DNA from: Sedimentisphaerales bacterium
Lineage (GTDB): Bacteria > Planctomycetota > Phycisphaerae > Sedimentisphaerales > Anaerobacaceae
Direction: 5' to 3'
Length of the DNA stretch: 64,000 nt
NCBI GenBank assembly: GCA_963708075.1
Contig: OY970194.1
Coordinates: 5,760,001-5,824,000 of the forward strand
The translations under genes and the position numbers were made by a program. The stretch's first letter is position 1, and each line of letters opens with the position of its first letter. Under the pieces are notes generated by a model that saw only the letters and a list, made by a program, of their open reading frames with translations, did no database searches and was not told the origin of the DNA. Below are positions 10,072 through 20,884 of this stretch, in pieces.

Positions 10072-11739
10072 CTACCATTTCAGCACGGCGCCGGTGTCGG
10101 CGCTGGTGGCCATGGTGGCGTACTTGGCCAGGTAGCCGGTCTTGATTCTTGGCTCGGGAGGCTTCCAGGCTTTCTTTCGCTTGGCCAGCTCCTGGGCGGA
10201 GACCTTGACGTTCATCTTGTTGGCCGGGATGTCGATCTCGATGATATCGCCATTTTTCAGCAGGCCGATGGGCCCGCCGACGGCAGCCTCAGGACTGATA
10301 TGGCCGATGCAGGCGCCGCGGGTACCGCCACTGAAGCGTCCGTCTGTGATCAGGGCGACCGACTCACCGAGCCCGGCGCCCATGATGTAGCTGGTCGGGC
10401 TGAGCATCTCCTGCATGCCGGGACCGCCCTTGGGACCTTCGTACCGGATGACCACGATGTCGCCCGCTTTCACCTTGCCGGCCAGAATGCCTTCGCAGGC
10501 GTCTTCCTGGCTCTCGAAAATGACGGCCGGGCCGGTGCGGGTCAGCATGTTCCTGGCGACGCCAGCGGTCTTGACGACGCTGCCGTCGGGGGCGAGGTTG
10601 CCGCGAAGGATGGTCAGGCCGCCGGTCTTCGAGTAGGGGTTCTCGATCGAGCGAATGACCTGCGGGTCCCTGATTCCGGCATTGGCGATGTTTGCGCCGA
10701 GCGTCTTGCCCGTCACGGTGGGACAATCGAGGTTCAGCAGATTTGGAATCTTGCTGATCTCGTTGAGGATTGCGCTGACCCCGCCCGCGGCGTCCACGTC
10801 CTCGACGTGCACGCTGCTCGACGGGGAAACCTTGCAGATGTTCGGACAGCGGGCGGAGATGCCGTTGATTCGGTCGAGGTCGTACTGAATGCCCGCCTCG
10901 CTGGCGATGGCGAGGGTGTGCAGGACGGTGTTCGTCGAGCCGCCCATGGCCATATCGAGCACCAGGGCGTTGTCCATCGACTTGAGGCTGATGATATCGA
11001 GCGGCTTCACGTCGTTCTTGATCAGCTCCACGATTTGCCGGCCGGCGGCCTTGTACAGGTCCTGGCGTTTCGGGTCCACGGCCAGGATCGTGCCATTGCC
11101 GGGCAGAGCCATGCCGATGGCTTCGGCCAGGCAATTCATCGAGTTGGCGGTGAACAGGCCGGAGCAGCTTCCCTGCGTCGGGCACGCGGTGCATTCGAGC
11201 TCGTCGAGATACTCCGCGGTGATCTTGCCGGCATTGAATTGGGCGACGCCCTCAAAGATGCTGATGAGATCGACGGTCTTGCCTCCTTTGGTCTTGCCGG
11301 CCTTCATGGGTCCGCCGGAGACGTAGATCGTCGGGATATTCAGGCGCACGGAGGCCATGAGCATGCCCGGGACGATCTTGTCGCAGTTGGCGATGCAGAC
11401 CAGGCCGTCGAAGCAGTGCGCGAGGGCCATCGCCTCGACGGAATCGGCGACGATCTCTCGCGAGGCCAGCGAGTACTTCATGCCCGTGTGTCCCATGGCG
11501 ACACCGTCACAGATGGCGATGGTGTTGAACTCGAAGGGCGTGCCGCCGGCCTGCCGGATGGCGTCCTTGACAACCTGGGCCACCTTGTTCAGGTGGACAT
11601 GCCCCGGCACGACCTCGCAAAAGCTGTTGGCGACTCCAATGAACGGCTTGTCGATATCCGCGTCGCTCAGTCCGCATGCGTGAAGCAGGGCACGATGAGG
11701 CGCCCGCTGGAAACCCTTCTTGACTGTGTCACTTCTCAT
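10072..11739 (-). CDS. ilvD: Dihydroxy-acid dehydratase
   Basis: [41 protein letters not shown]. Confidence 0.97.
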   Translation of the reverse strand: MRSDTVKKGFQRAPHRALLHACGLSDADIDKPFIGVANSFCEVVPGHVHLNKVAQVVKDAIRQAGGTPFEFNTIAICDGVAMGHTGMKYSLASREIVADSVEAMALAHCFDGLVCIANCDKIVPGMLMASVRLNIPTIYVSGGPMKAGKTKGGKTVDLISIFEGVAQFNAGKITAEYLDELECTACPTQGSCSGLFTANSMNCLAEAIGMALPGNGTILAVDPKRQDLYKAAGRQIVELIKNDVKPLDIISLKSMDNALVLDMAMGGSTNTVLHTLAIASEAGIQYDLDRINGISARCPNICKVSPSSSVHVEDVDAAGGVSAILNEISKIPNLLNLDCPTVTGKTLGANIANAGIRDPQVIRSIENPYSKTGGLTILRGNLAPDGSVVKTAGVARNMLTRTGPAVIFESQEDACEGILAGKVKAGDIVVIRYEGPKGGPGMQEMLSPTSYIMGAGLGESVALITDGRFSGGTRGACIGHISPEAAVGGPIGLLKNGDIIEIDIPANKMNVKVSAQELAKRKKAWKPPEPRIKTGYLAKYATMATSADTGAVLKW

Positions 11740-11809
11740 TGTCGAACTTCTCCGAAAAAACGCACCATGAATTCATAACATGGTAAGAATGCCACAGAAA
11801 CCACCAACA

Positions 11810-11883
11810 TGTCATTCCCGCGAAGGCGGGAATCCAGCCACGTACCGGAGTTTTCCTGGACCCCCGCCTGCGCGGGGGTGACA
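11810..11883. repeat. GTCATTCCCGCGAAGGCGGGAATCCAG-type palindromic REP doublet
   Basis: Two hairpin units in inverted orientation; another unit at 44354-44381. Confidence 0.85.
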
Positions 11884-12032
11884 TACAGAGACTCATTCAA
11901 CAAAAACCTAAGTTTAGCTGTCGGACAGGGGTGAATAAAGAAAAATCATTGTTCGCAGGATGGCTGATCGTATAATTGCCGCGAGGTGGGGAGGGTACGC
12001 CACGGGAAATCAGGAATTGGCAGGAAGGCTAC

Positions 12033-13157
12033 ATGGCAGGAATGGCAAGAATCGGTATCATCGTCCGGGGGGGCCTCATTGGCTTGATGCTGGCGGCGTA
12101 CGGCTGCCGGAACGAAAGCCGTTCGGCTTCGGGGGTTCAGACCGGGCCGCAAGCGACGGTTGTCAAGACGCCGGAAGACAAGACGGGCTCACAAAATATG
12201 CAGCCGCCCGTTGCGGAGGTCCATACCCGGCAGGACCAGAGCATTCAGAGCAAACCCGACGAATCGCAGCCGGTGGTGGATTTGACGTTACGATTCGCTC
12301 CAGGTGCGGCCGCCACATACAAAGTCGCGGTGGAGCAGGGAAAAAGCGTGGCTTGGCAAGGGGCTGCATCGACACGGCCCGCAGGATTCGAAGATGGACG
12401 CACCGACAGTCGGATCGAGATGACGTTCGGGCAGGAAGTCCAGACTGTCGATCCCGTCGGCGACGCGGTGGTCAAAATCACGATCCAGGCCCTGAAGTAC
12501 TTCAACCGCGTGCACAACAAGGTGGGTTCTCGACTTCGACAGCACGAGACCGGCGGACCAGGAGAACCCCCTGGCCAAGCTCATCGGCCAGAGCTACAGG
12601 ATCAAGCTTTCCCGCAGAGGCGATGTGCCGGCAATCGTGGAGGCCACTCAAGCTCGCTCCGCGGTCCCGGCGAGTTCCCCCGCATTTGCGATGGTGCAGA
12701 GACTACTGTCTGAAGATGGGATCAGAGAGCGGCACACGATCCCGGCGTTGGCGGCTCTCAGCGAAGGTCAGGTGCGTCCCGGACAGAGCTGGACAAATGA
12801 GAAGAGCTTCTCTTTTTCGTGGATGGGCTCGAAATCGTTTGAGCGGGTGTACACCCTCCGCAAAGTGTCTGAGGGCGACGGCGGGCGTCTGGCCATGGTC
12901 GAGATGAAGGCGATCCCGGCCGCTGGGCAGCCGCAGGGGCGCAGACAATGGGCGCGTTCGCGGGAATCGCCGACAACACGAGCAACTACGATGGCCGGTT
13001 TGTGTTCGACCTTGAGACCGGGCGGGTCCGCGAGTACAGCGAGCAGATGCGCACCGAATGGGTCGTGCCGGACCCCGAGGCCATCGAGGGCAGGGCCGAC
13101 CCGGCGGCCGTGAAAATGGCGGCGAGCTGGCTTCGACAGGTCGAGCTCGTGAAGTGA
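12033..13157 (+). CDS. Putative lipoprotein of unknown function, apparent frameshifts near 12525 and 12940
   Basis: Signal peptide ending AAYG-C; ORFs 11976-12713, 12625-13113 and 12948-13157 join into a protein similar to the downstream lipoprotein. Confidence 0.6.
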
Positions 13158-13163
13158 CCACGG

Positions 13164-14219
13164 ATGAAAGGAGAGAACTTGAGGACCGGATGCGCAGTTG
13201 CAATTGCTGTCTTGATGCTGGCGAGCGGGTGCGGAACGCCTGGGAATACGCCGGGGAAAGTTGACGCGGGTAAGCCCGTGCTGTTCACGGTGGATTTCAA
13301 GCCGGGACAGACCCTTCGCTACAGGTTCGTCTCAAGCAGGAAGATTGCTCTGGACTGGGATCCCAATGCCCAATCGGGCGCCGGCAAGGTACAGGAGCAG
13401 TTGGAGCAACTGGAGTTGGTCGTCTCCTATACGCCGGTCGAGGTAAACCCATACGGGATCAGCACGATCCGTGCGGTATGCGAATCGGTGAAGGTGACGC
13501 GGGGCGGCGGGGCCGGCCGCCGGATGTTCGGCGCCGACGCGGTGGAAACCGCTCGGGGTAAGACCTTCACGATCAAGGTGGACCCTCGCGGCAAGATCGT
13601 AGATAATGCCGAGTTAAAATCACTGGTTCAAGAGATGGGCAAGAGCGCGTTCCAGGGCGATAGCGAGCCCCGACGGATCAAGCAGCCCGATATGATCGGC
13701 GATTTCGTCGCCAGTCAGTGGTTTCTCTGGGACGCCGTTTCCAGCGTGGAGCAGCCCGCCGGCGGCGTGTCGCCCGGGCAGACGTGGCCTTCGCAGCTTT
13801 CCGTGCCGACCCCGATGGTGATGCGCAAAGCCCGTGATGTGGTCTATCGACTGGAGGAGGTCCGCCAGACGGACACCGGGCGGGTGGCGGTCATCAAGAG
13901 CACGTACACGCTGGCGGAGAAGGCCCCTGCAAGCTGGCCGGTGCCCTATTCCGGCCGGTTCCAGATGGCCGGCACGTTCGGCTTCCTCGGCGGCTATCAG
14001 CCGTCGAGCCTGGCAGGCGAGGGGCAGGAACTGTTCAACGTCGATGCCGGCCGGGTGGAGAACTACCAGCAGAAATATACAGTAGAGATGAATGCGTCGC
14101 TGCCCCCGATGGGGATTCAGGCGAATCCGCACATCCGGATTGACCAGACTCTGACAATGGAGCTGGTGAACGCGGAAATCCAAAATCCGAATATCGAAGT
14201 CCGAAACAAGGTCGAATGA
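13164..14219 (+). CDS. Putative lipoprotein of unknown function
   Basis: Lipobox LASG-C; beta-rich; 351-aa ORF with coding-like composition. Confidence 0.75.
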   Translation: MKGENLRTGCAVAIAVLMLASGCGTPGNTPGKVDAGKPVLFTVDFKPGQTLRYRFVSSRKIALDWDPNAQSGAGKVQEQLEQLELVVSYTPVEVNPYGISTIRAVCESVKVTRGGGAGRRMFGADAVETARGKTFTIKVDPRGKIVDNAELKSLVQEMGKSAFQGDSEPRRIKQPDMIGDFVASQWFLWDAVSSVEQPAGGVSPGQTWPSQLSVPTPMVMRKARDVVYRLEEVRQTDTGRVAVIKSTYTLAEKAPASWPVPYSGRFQMAGTFGFLGGYQPSSLAGEGQELFNVDAGRVENYQQKYTVEMNASLPPMGIQANPHIRIDQTLTMELVNAEIQNPNIEVRNKVE

Positions 14220-14349
14220 AGAAAACCGGAAACTCAAAACCGGGCAGCGACCGGCAACAGTGTTTCCGGCCTTTCAGTTTCGTGCTTCGGATCTGTTTCG
14301 GATTCCGATATTCGTGCTTCGCGCTTTTGTAATTTGGAGGTAACGGCAC

Positions 14350-14858
14350 TTGGATCAGAACATCCTGTGGGCCCCGTGGAGAATACCGTATATCCAAGGC
14401 ATCGAGAAGAACAACGACTGTTTTCTCTGCCACAATCTCGCGCATCCGGAAGAGGATGAGCAGAACCTGGTTCTCTGGCGGACAGACAGAAGCATCGTGG
14501 TGCTGAATCGGTTTCCGTACAATAACGGGCACCTGCTGATTGCACCTGCGCGGCATATCGCCGAGCTTGGCCAGACCTCGGAGGATGAGATGCTGGAGCT
14601 GGTCAAACTGGTCCGGGAGTCGCAGCGGGTGTTGTCGCTGGCCATTCATCCGCACGGCTTCAACGTGGGCCTGAACTTCGGCGCTGCGCGGGGGCGGGCC
14701 TGCCCGGCCATATGCACATCCACGTCGTGCCGCGATGGGATGGAGATACGAATTTCATGAGCGTTTGCAGCGATACGAAAGTCGTAAGCCAGTCGCTGCA
14801 GGAGTTGCTGAGCGAGTTGAAGAGGGTAAGCGCCGAGCACGGTTTGCCTGCGCTGTAG
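14350..14858 (+). CDS. HIT family hydrolase, apparent 1-bp frameshift near 14680
   Basis: LWAPWR, CFLC, LNRFPYNNGH; shifted frame gives AGAGLPGHMHIHVVPRW. Confidence 0.88.
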
Positions 14859-14928
14859 AACAGGATTGTGCGAGACGACATAGGATGTATGGGACCAACA
14901 GGACCTATGTTGTGGACCGGGTGCACTG

Positions 14929-16125
14929 ATGTCTGATGGGCTGAAACCATATGCCGTGACGGAGGCCGTGAGCAAAGGCCGAGCCTTTCCCGAGCCGCCT
15001 CACCCGTACCGCTCCGACTTCGAGCGGGACCGCGACCGGATCATCCACAGCTCGGCGTTTCGACGTCTCGAAGGCAAGACCCAGGTGTTCTCGCCCGGAC
15101 TCGACGACTACTATCGCTCCCGCCTGACGCACAGTATCGAGGTCGCCCAGATCGGCAGGACCATCGCCAAGGTGCTCGGCCTCAACGAGAGCCTTACGGA
15201 GGCGATCTGCCTGGCCCACGACCTGGGGCATCCGCCATTCGGGCACACGGGGGAGAAGACGCTCAATGAGTTGATGGCAGATCACGGCGGTTTCGAACAC
15301 AATGCCCAGACGCTTCGCATCGTCACTTTGCTCGAACATCCCTACCCCGCGTTCATGGGCTTGAACCTGATGTACGAGACCCGGCTGGGCCTGGCGCGGA
15401 AATGCGTCGAGGCAGTAGAGCGTAGGGCCAAACTGGCTTCGATTGCGGAATGTGGAATGTGGAGTGTGGATTCGGTTCGCGGTGCTACTCCGCACTCCGC
15501 ACTCCGCACTCCGCAATTCTCGGGGGAGATCAATTGCACGCTGGAGGGCCAAATCGCCGACGTGGCCGACCGCATCGCGTACAACTGCCACGATCTCGAG
15601 GACGGGCTGCGTGCCCGGCTGATCGAGGGCAACCAGATGCGGCACGTGCAGATCTATGTCGAAGCGACGCGAAAGGTGGGCGTCGAGCGAATCCCGGATT
15701 GGACGATCCGGCGGACCCGCACGGCCAAGACCATCACGGACCGGCTCGTCAGCGACTGCATCGACAACAGCCGCAGGCAGATCACCGACGCCGGCATCCG
15801 GACCGCCTACGACGCCTGCCATCGAGTGGAGGATCTGGTCTCGCTTTCGCCGGAAAGCGACCGGCAACTGGCGGAGCTCGAGCAATTCCTGTATGCCAAC
15901 TTCTATCACCATGAGAGGCTGCTCGCCGCGGCGCAGAGGACGCGAGGCTGGCTGACCGAGCTCTTCGAGCAGCTCTGTCGGGAGCCCCACAGGATGCCCA
16001 GCTATTTCCGCGATTTCATCCCGGAGTACGGCCTGCAGCGGGCCGTCTGCGACTACATCGCCGGCATGACCGACCGCTACTGCCTCAGGCTACTTGGCGT
16101 GACTGAGCCGACTCCCGGCCGATGA
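14929..16125 (+). CDS. dgt: Deoxyguanosinetriphosphate triphosphohydrolase (HD family)
   Basis: FERDRDRIIHSSAFRRLEGKTQV, RLTHS, HDLGHPPFGH, DYIAGMTD. Confidence 0.93.
   Translation: MSDGLKPYAVTEAVSKGRAFPEPPHPYRSDFERDRDRIIHSSAFRRLEGKTQVFSPGLDDYYRSRLTHSIEVAQIGRTIAKVLGLNESLTEAICLAHDLGHPPFGHTGEKTLNELMADHGGFEHNAQTLRIVTLLEHPYPAFMGLNLMYETRLGLARKCVEAVERRAKLASIAECGMWSVDSVRGATPHSALRTPQFSGEINCTLEGQIADVADRIAYNCHDLEDGLRARLIEGNQMRHVQIYVEATRKVGVERIPDWTIRRTRTAKTITDRLVSDCIDNSRRQITDAGIRTAYDACHRVEDLVSLSPESDRQLAELEQFLYANFYHHERLLAAAQRTRGWLTELFEQLCREPHRMPSYFRDFIPEYGLQRAVCDYIAGMTDRYCLRLLGVTEPTPGR
15442..15517. repeat. Heptamer-based palindrome (TGTGGAA-type x4 / ACTCCGC x4) in-frame inside dgt
   Basis: Directly visible; translated as IAECGMWSVDSVRGATPHSALRTPQF. 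Confidence 0.85.
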
Positions 16126-16166
16126 CTTTTGACTCTGCACAATTATTTCGCTATTCTCTCTTGCCT

Positions 16167-16661
16167 ATGAAACGATGGATCGCAACGTGTTTTGGGTTGG
16201 GATGGCTGCCGGTGGCGCCGGGAACGTGGGGTTCGCTGCCGCCGGCGATTGTGTTTGGCGTTCTCATGTATTGCGGCGCGTCGGACGTTGCCGCAACCAT
16301 CGTACTGGCTGTCATGACGGTGTTTGGCTGCGCCACCTGTCTTTGTTGTGCGCCGGCGTCGATCGCCGCGACGGGAAAGAACGATCCGGGGGAGGTGGTG
16401 ATGGACGAGTTTGCGGCCCAGGCCCTGACGTTTCTGGCCACGCCGCTGCTGTTGCCGCGACCCTTGTCCGGCGGGGAGAGCTTCTTGTTTGCCCTGCTTG
16501 GATTCCTGCTGTTCCGGGCATTCGACATCTTCAAGCCCTGGCCAATACGGAAGCTTGAACGCTTGCCCAGCGGTTGGGGCATCCTGGCGGACGACCTCGT
16601 CGCCGGCATCGGCTCAGCGATTGTCCTGTATCTTGCGACATATCTAATGGTCCGCGCCTGA
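16167..16661 (+). CDS. pgpA: Phosphatidylglycerophosphatase A
   Basis: APGTWGS, DPGEVVMDE, FRAFDIFKPWP, GILADD. Confidence 0.93.
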   Translation: MKRWIATCFGLGWLPVAPGTWGSLPPAIVFGVLMYCGASDVAATIVLAVMTVFGCATCLCCAPASIAATGKNDPGEVVMDEFAAQALTFLATPLLLPRPLSGGESFLFALLGFLLFRAFDIFKPWPIRKLERLPSGWGILADDLVAGIGSAIVLYLATYLMVRA

Positions 16662-16730
16662 TCCAACACAGCCTGAGGCAGTCACGGATTCTCATTGATT
16701 CGGCAGGCACCCGGATGATAAACTATAGCC

Positions 16731-16922
16731 ATGAAAACAATCCGTTATATCTATTGGCAGGATGAGGAAATGTGGCTGGGGTATCTGGAGGAGTATCCTG
16801 ACTACATGACGCAAGGCCAGACGGTTGACGAGCTTCAGGAGAACCTCAAAGATCTCTACGAAGAACTGACGAGCGGACGGATACCCGGAGTGCGACGGGT
16901 GGCGGAGCTGGAGATCGCATGA
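16731..16922 (+). CDS. hicB: HicB-like antitoxin
   Basis: 63 aa, YPDYMTQGQTVDELQENL; ATGA overlap with hicA. Confidence 0.8.
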   Translation: MKTIRYIYWQDEEMWLGYLEEYPDYMTQGQTVDELQENLKDLYEELTSGRIPGVRRVAELEIA

Positions 16923-17095
16923 AGCGAACGGACCTGATCCGACGTCTGGAGAACGAAGGCTGTGTCTTGCTGCGTCATGGGGGTCGCCACGATTGGTACC
17001 AGAATCCGCGAACAGGGGCATGTCAGCCCGTCCCTCGACACCGTGAAATCAATGAGCGTCTGGCCCATCATATTCTTGCCAAGTTGAAAGACTGA
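16919..17095 (+). CDS. hicA: HicA family toxin (58 aa, below ORF-track cutoff)
   Basis: Manual translation MKRTDLIRRLENEGCVLLRHGGRHDWYQNP...VPRHREI. Confidence 0.85.
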   Translation: MKRTDLIRRLENEGCVLLRHGGRHDWYQNPRTGACQPVPRHREINERLAHHILAKLKD

Positions 17096-17258
17096 GCCAC
17101 CGATCAAGAAATATGTTTCCCGCATGATTTCGAGGGCCTCTTGCGTTACGCATCTGGGCGCACTTCGTCTGTTTTCCGTTGACCTGGAGTCGTCTTTACG
17201 GTAGTGTTTTAGCCTTGTCGTGAATGACGGGGGTTAGCAGAACCACGGGAAGACATGC

Positions 17259-19814
17259 ATGGCGAATGAGTACAGTGTAGAGGTTTGCCGGGAGCTTCAG
17301 GATCGATTTCGCCGTGCGGGCGTGTATCGGCCGATGCGAGTCAGGCGATACGAGCCGGGCACCGAATTGGTGTATCAGGTCCGTGGTTTCGGCGACAACA
17401 ACACTGTGAGCGTTTCTTTAGCCGTCGAGCGATTTGTGGGCGGCGGCTTTGCCGGCCAGGTATACCGGGTGAAGATTGTGCGGATTGACGGCGGGCGGAT
17501 CGCCGGACTGGAGAAAGGCGGCGCCTGCGCGATGAAGATCCTGATTCCGCCGTCAGGCTTGTCATGCCTCTTCCGCGACGCGCTCTATTGGGTCGGCTTT
17601 CAGGGCCCATTCCAGCTTCAGGTGAATCCCGCGGCGGCCCGGGCCGGGGCCTTGTGGCAGAAGATCATTCGGCGGGGGGTGGCAATCAAGTTCGGCGATG
17701 AACGGGCGGTGGTGGATATCTACGGTACATTCGTGGACGAGCAGCTCGGCAGTTGCGGCGAGCTGAGCGAGTGGGTGGATGGGCGGACGTGGCGACTGGA
17801 AGTGGATGACCGGTTGGACCTGCTCAAGCTTTGGGGCAAGGGTAAGGCCATCGACGAAAGCCGGGTGGGCTCGCCCGAGTACCGTGCCAAAAAGGTTTTC
17901 ATGCGCGAGTTCGTGGAACTGCTGCACGAGATGGGCGCGCACGAATTCGCCCGGCAATACGAATGGTCCACCTGCAAGAGCCAACCGAACTGCCTGAAGC
18001 GCCAGGGCCCGGATGAGGCTCCGGCGGCCGGATTGACGGCGGTGGATTTCCGGGCGGGGCTGGCGCTGCTGCCGTTCCTGCCGATGAGCCCGGGCGATGT
18101 GAAGCTGATTTTCAAAGGGTTTGGCCGAGGATCGCTCGTCCAGTTTGACCGGGGAAACCTCGACCGGTTGGAGCATTTCGTCGCGGCGCACAGCACCCAG
18201 TTCGCGGACATGCAGGGAATGCTGGCCGAACTGAAGGATGCGGAGTGCACTTATCGCAATTCGATTCCCGACATCACTCACAATCACGTCCGGCTGCTCT
18301 ATAGCAGCAGGCTATGGGCCACGATGTTCGCCAGCGCTGTTACCGGCTGGAAGGTCAGGGGCCTCATCGAAGAAAAACGCGCAGAGACGCTGCGAAGAAA
18401 TCGCCTTTTGGCGTTTCTGTTCTTCCTGGTCGGCTGTATCCCGTTGGCGGGCAGGATATTTCATCGCATGTGGGGCCGCCAGGATTGGCGCAGGCACTAT
18501 GCCACGATGGTGAGCAGCTTTCGCTATTTCGGGCAGGCCTTTCGGGCCAGAGTGGCCGAGAAGCTGATTGGGTGGCATCACTCCGGGCGAGTCGATGAAG
18601 AACGTGCACTGAAGCTGGCGGATCAGCCGTGGAGGTTTCTGGGGCACTGGCCTCTGTCGGTCCTGCCGGCGGTGCTGCATCGCTCCTTGACCGATTGGCA
18701 GTTTGCCCGGGAGAAATTCGTCCATTTGTTCATTCAACCGGTGCGGCTGTACTTCAATGCCCAGCTCCGCGAGCAGTGGCTGCGCGACATGGTCGCGGAA
18801 GGACAGGGCAAGCACATGCTCAGCGATGACGACGCACGGACAATCCAGCGGCAGATCAACGAGCCATACATACAGAAGTACCTCAAATGTCTTGCCGTGC
18901 ATCTCTGCACGCTGTTTGTGACCGAGGCCACGGCTCTGACGCTGGCCGTTATCTACGTAACGATGCACTCGGAAATGCCCTGGCAACAGGCTTGGGCGAG
19001 AGCTCTGACCATTATCGCCCTATTTCAGATCGTGCCCGTCTCGCCTGGATCGCTCGTGCGCGGATTCTATGTGCTCTATCTGGTGATACGCGAGCGCAAT
19101 TTCAAGGACTACAACATCGCTCTTTTGGTAGGGTTCTTCCGATACGTCGGCTACCTTGCATTTCCGATCCAGATGACCTACCGTTATCCCGTTCTGGCTC
19201 GTTTTATGGCGGCTCACTGGGCGACAGAGGCAGTGCACACTGTTCCCGTGTTCGGCGAGCACGGGGCGTTGCTGGAGCACTGGGTGTTCAACCTGTTTTA
19301 CAACTGGCCTTTGACGATCCGGCGACGAATGCGGCGGCGGGCGGAGATTCGGGCCTCGCTGCCGGCCCGATATTGGCATGTGGGCCCGTGTGTTCTCGTG
19401 GCGGCGGCTGTCTTCAGCCTGGTCGGCTACACTCATTTCAGCCACACCGGCCAATTGCCTGCTCTGAAGGAGTACTGGTGGCTTGTGATCGCGTTGCCCT
19501 TGCTGTGCGGGTCGCTGATTGCCCTGGGTAGCCGCGGGGCAACCCTCGGAAGACGCATCATAGTCGCGGCGATTGGTGGCGCGCTGACAGGCGTCGCGGC
19601 AACGCTCTTGTCGGTCATGATTGTGCGGACCGGTCAGGCCGGCGGGGCACATCCGGCTATCGTTCAGGGCGTATGGGAGGTGTTCATTTTCACGATCCTT
19701 TCTACCGTGGGGGCCGCCATGACAGAACTGGCTCTGCCCGAGCCGAGGCAAGATGGGGCGCAACCAGCAGCATCGGGTCAAGCGGTGCCTTCCGGCCTGA
19801 ACCCTATGCCGTAG
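17259..19814 (+). CDS. Large membrane protein with N-terminal protein-kinase-like motifs
   Basis: 851-aa ORF; GGGFAGQVY, AMKIL, SEWVDG, QPNCL, AVDF; several hydrophobic helices in the C-terminal half. Confidence 0.7.
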   Translation: MANEYSVEVCRELQDRFRRAGVYRPMRVRRYEPGTELVYQVRGFGDNNTVSVSLAVERFVGGGFAGQVYRVKIVRIDGGRIAGLEKGGACAMKILIPPSGLSCLFRDALYWVGFQGPFQLQVNPAAARAGALWQKIIRRGVAIKFGDERAVVDIYGTFVDEQLGSCGELSEWVDGRTWRLEVDDRLDLLKLWGKGKAIDESRVGSPEYRAKKVFMREFVELLHEMGAHEFARQYEWSTCKSQPNCLKRQGPDEAPAAGLTAVDFRAGLALLPFLPMSPGDVKLIFKGFGRGSLVQFDRGNLDRLEHFVAAHSTQFADMQGMLAELKDAECTYRNSIPDITHNHVRLLYSSRLWATMFASAVTGWKVRGLIEEKRAETLRRNRLLAFLFFLVGCIPLAGRIFHRMWGRQDWRRHYATMVSSFRYFGQAFRARVAEKLIGWHHSGRVDEERALKLADQPWRFLGHWPLSVLPAVLHRSLTDWQFAREKFVHLFIQPVRLYFNAQLREQWLRDMVAEGQGKHMLSDDDARTIQRQINEPYIQKYLKCLAVHLCTLFVTEATALTLAVIYVTMHSEMPWQQAWARALTIIALFQIVPVSPGSLVRGFYVLYLVIRERNFKDYNIALLVGFFRYVGYLAFPIQMTYRYPVLARFMAAHWATEAVHTVPVFGEHGALLEHWVFNLFYNWPLTIRRRMRRRAEIRASLPARYWHVGPCVLVAAAVFSLVGYTHFSHTGQLPALKEYWWLVIALPLLCGSLIALGSRGATLGRRIIVAAIGGALTGVAATLLSVMIVRTGQAGGAHPAIVQGVWEVFIFTILSTVGAAMTELALPEPRQDGAQPAASGQAVPSGLNPMP

Positions 19815-20106
19815 TTTCTGCACTTGGGAATCGCGTCTTCCAGGAATCTTATGAAATTCTTCGCAGGCTCATTTTCATCCAAGGCATGTGGAATCGTGCG
19901 GATGAGGCGAAAAAGGCCTCCCGACTGCGGGGATTTTGCAGAATTTTCAAAAACAGGGCAGCAGAATTGTGGCGTTCGCACGAAAAACATTGGCAAAATA
20001 GTTTTCGGTCGTATAATGATGAAGGATGGGTCGGCGGGGTTCTTTGTCTGAATGCTTGTACGGCTCATGGGATGTGTATGGAAGTTCTGTGGAGCGCTTT
20101 CCTTTC

Positions 20107-20868
20107 ATGTCGGTCAATAGCTACAGCTCTCTATGCGATGATTTCTACATTGATATGTTCGTCAACACGGAGCTGGATCTGCCTGCCGAGCGGGATACCG
20201 TTCTGACGTTTTTCGACCGGATTCAAAGGCAGTATCCGCGTATGGGCCGCTTCGTGCGACGCGACAGCAATGAATACTACCTCGAAGAGGATCACGGGTC
20301 GGGGCAGTACCGCTGGGTGAGCCTGGAGGTGGACCGCATCGGCTCCGGCGTGGTCAATCCGGCGAGCTCCGAGGAGGCCTACCAGCAGGATAAGCTGATC
20401 CTGGAACTGGTCCCGTACATGCTCGGCGTGACCCCCCTGGATGTCGATTCGCTTGACGTTACCTTCTCCATGGACTTCGATTGCTCGGGCAACCACGACG
20501 AGATCATCGCCGAGGCGTTGTTCGGCAATAGCGCGTTCGGCGGTCTGCTGGATCTGCCGAATGGCAGACCCATTGTCTTCTCGCCGGCCATGGTGATTTC
20601 CCTGGCGGACAATGATCGGACCCAGGTCCGCCTCTGCGTCGAATCCAAGACGAGCATCTTTGAGCCCGGCGACAAAAATGATGGTCGCGACGAGTCGATC
20701 AGCCTGACCCTGACGGTCCGCCAGTATCCGCAGACGGATGAGCGATTCGATCCCGCGGCTTCATTCGAGCGGCAATGCCAGCTCGCAGAGGAGTTGATGA
20801 CCGAGAGAATCATCCGCCATTTCGTGCAGCCGCTGACAGAGGTGATCGCGCAACGAAGATCGACGTGA
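20107..20868 (+). CDS. Hypothetical protein
   Basis: Long ORF with coding-like composition; possible promoter TTGGCA-N16-TATAAT at 19990-20017. Confidence 0.7.
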   Translation: MSVNSYSSLCDDFYIDMFVNTELDLPAERDTVLTFFDRIQRQYPRMGRFVRRDSNEYYLEEDHGSGQYRWVSLEVDRIGSGVVNPASSEEAYQQDKLILELVPYMLGVTPLDVDSLDVTFSMDFDCSGNHDEIIAEALFGNSAFGGLLDLPNGRPIVFSPAMVISLADNDRTQVRLCVESKTSIFEPGDKNDGRDESISLTLTVRQYPQTDERFDPAASFERQCQLAEELMTERIIRHFVQPLTEVIAQRRST

Positions 20869-20884
20869 GTGGAAGGGAGTCCCA

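Noticed and set aside
10069..11778. Long antisense ORFs (e.g. 10069-11778, 27033-28463, 47637-48947, 56879-58885, 61275-63857)
   Set aside because: Shadows of well-supported genes on the opposite strand, expected with high-GC codon bias
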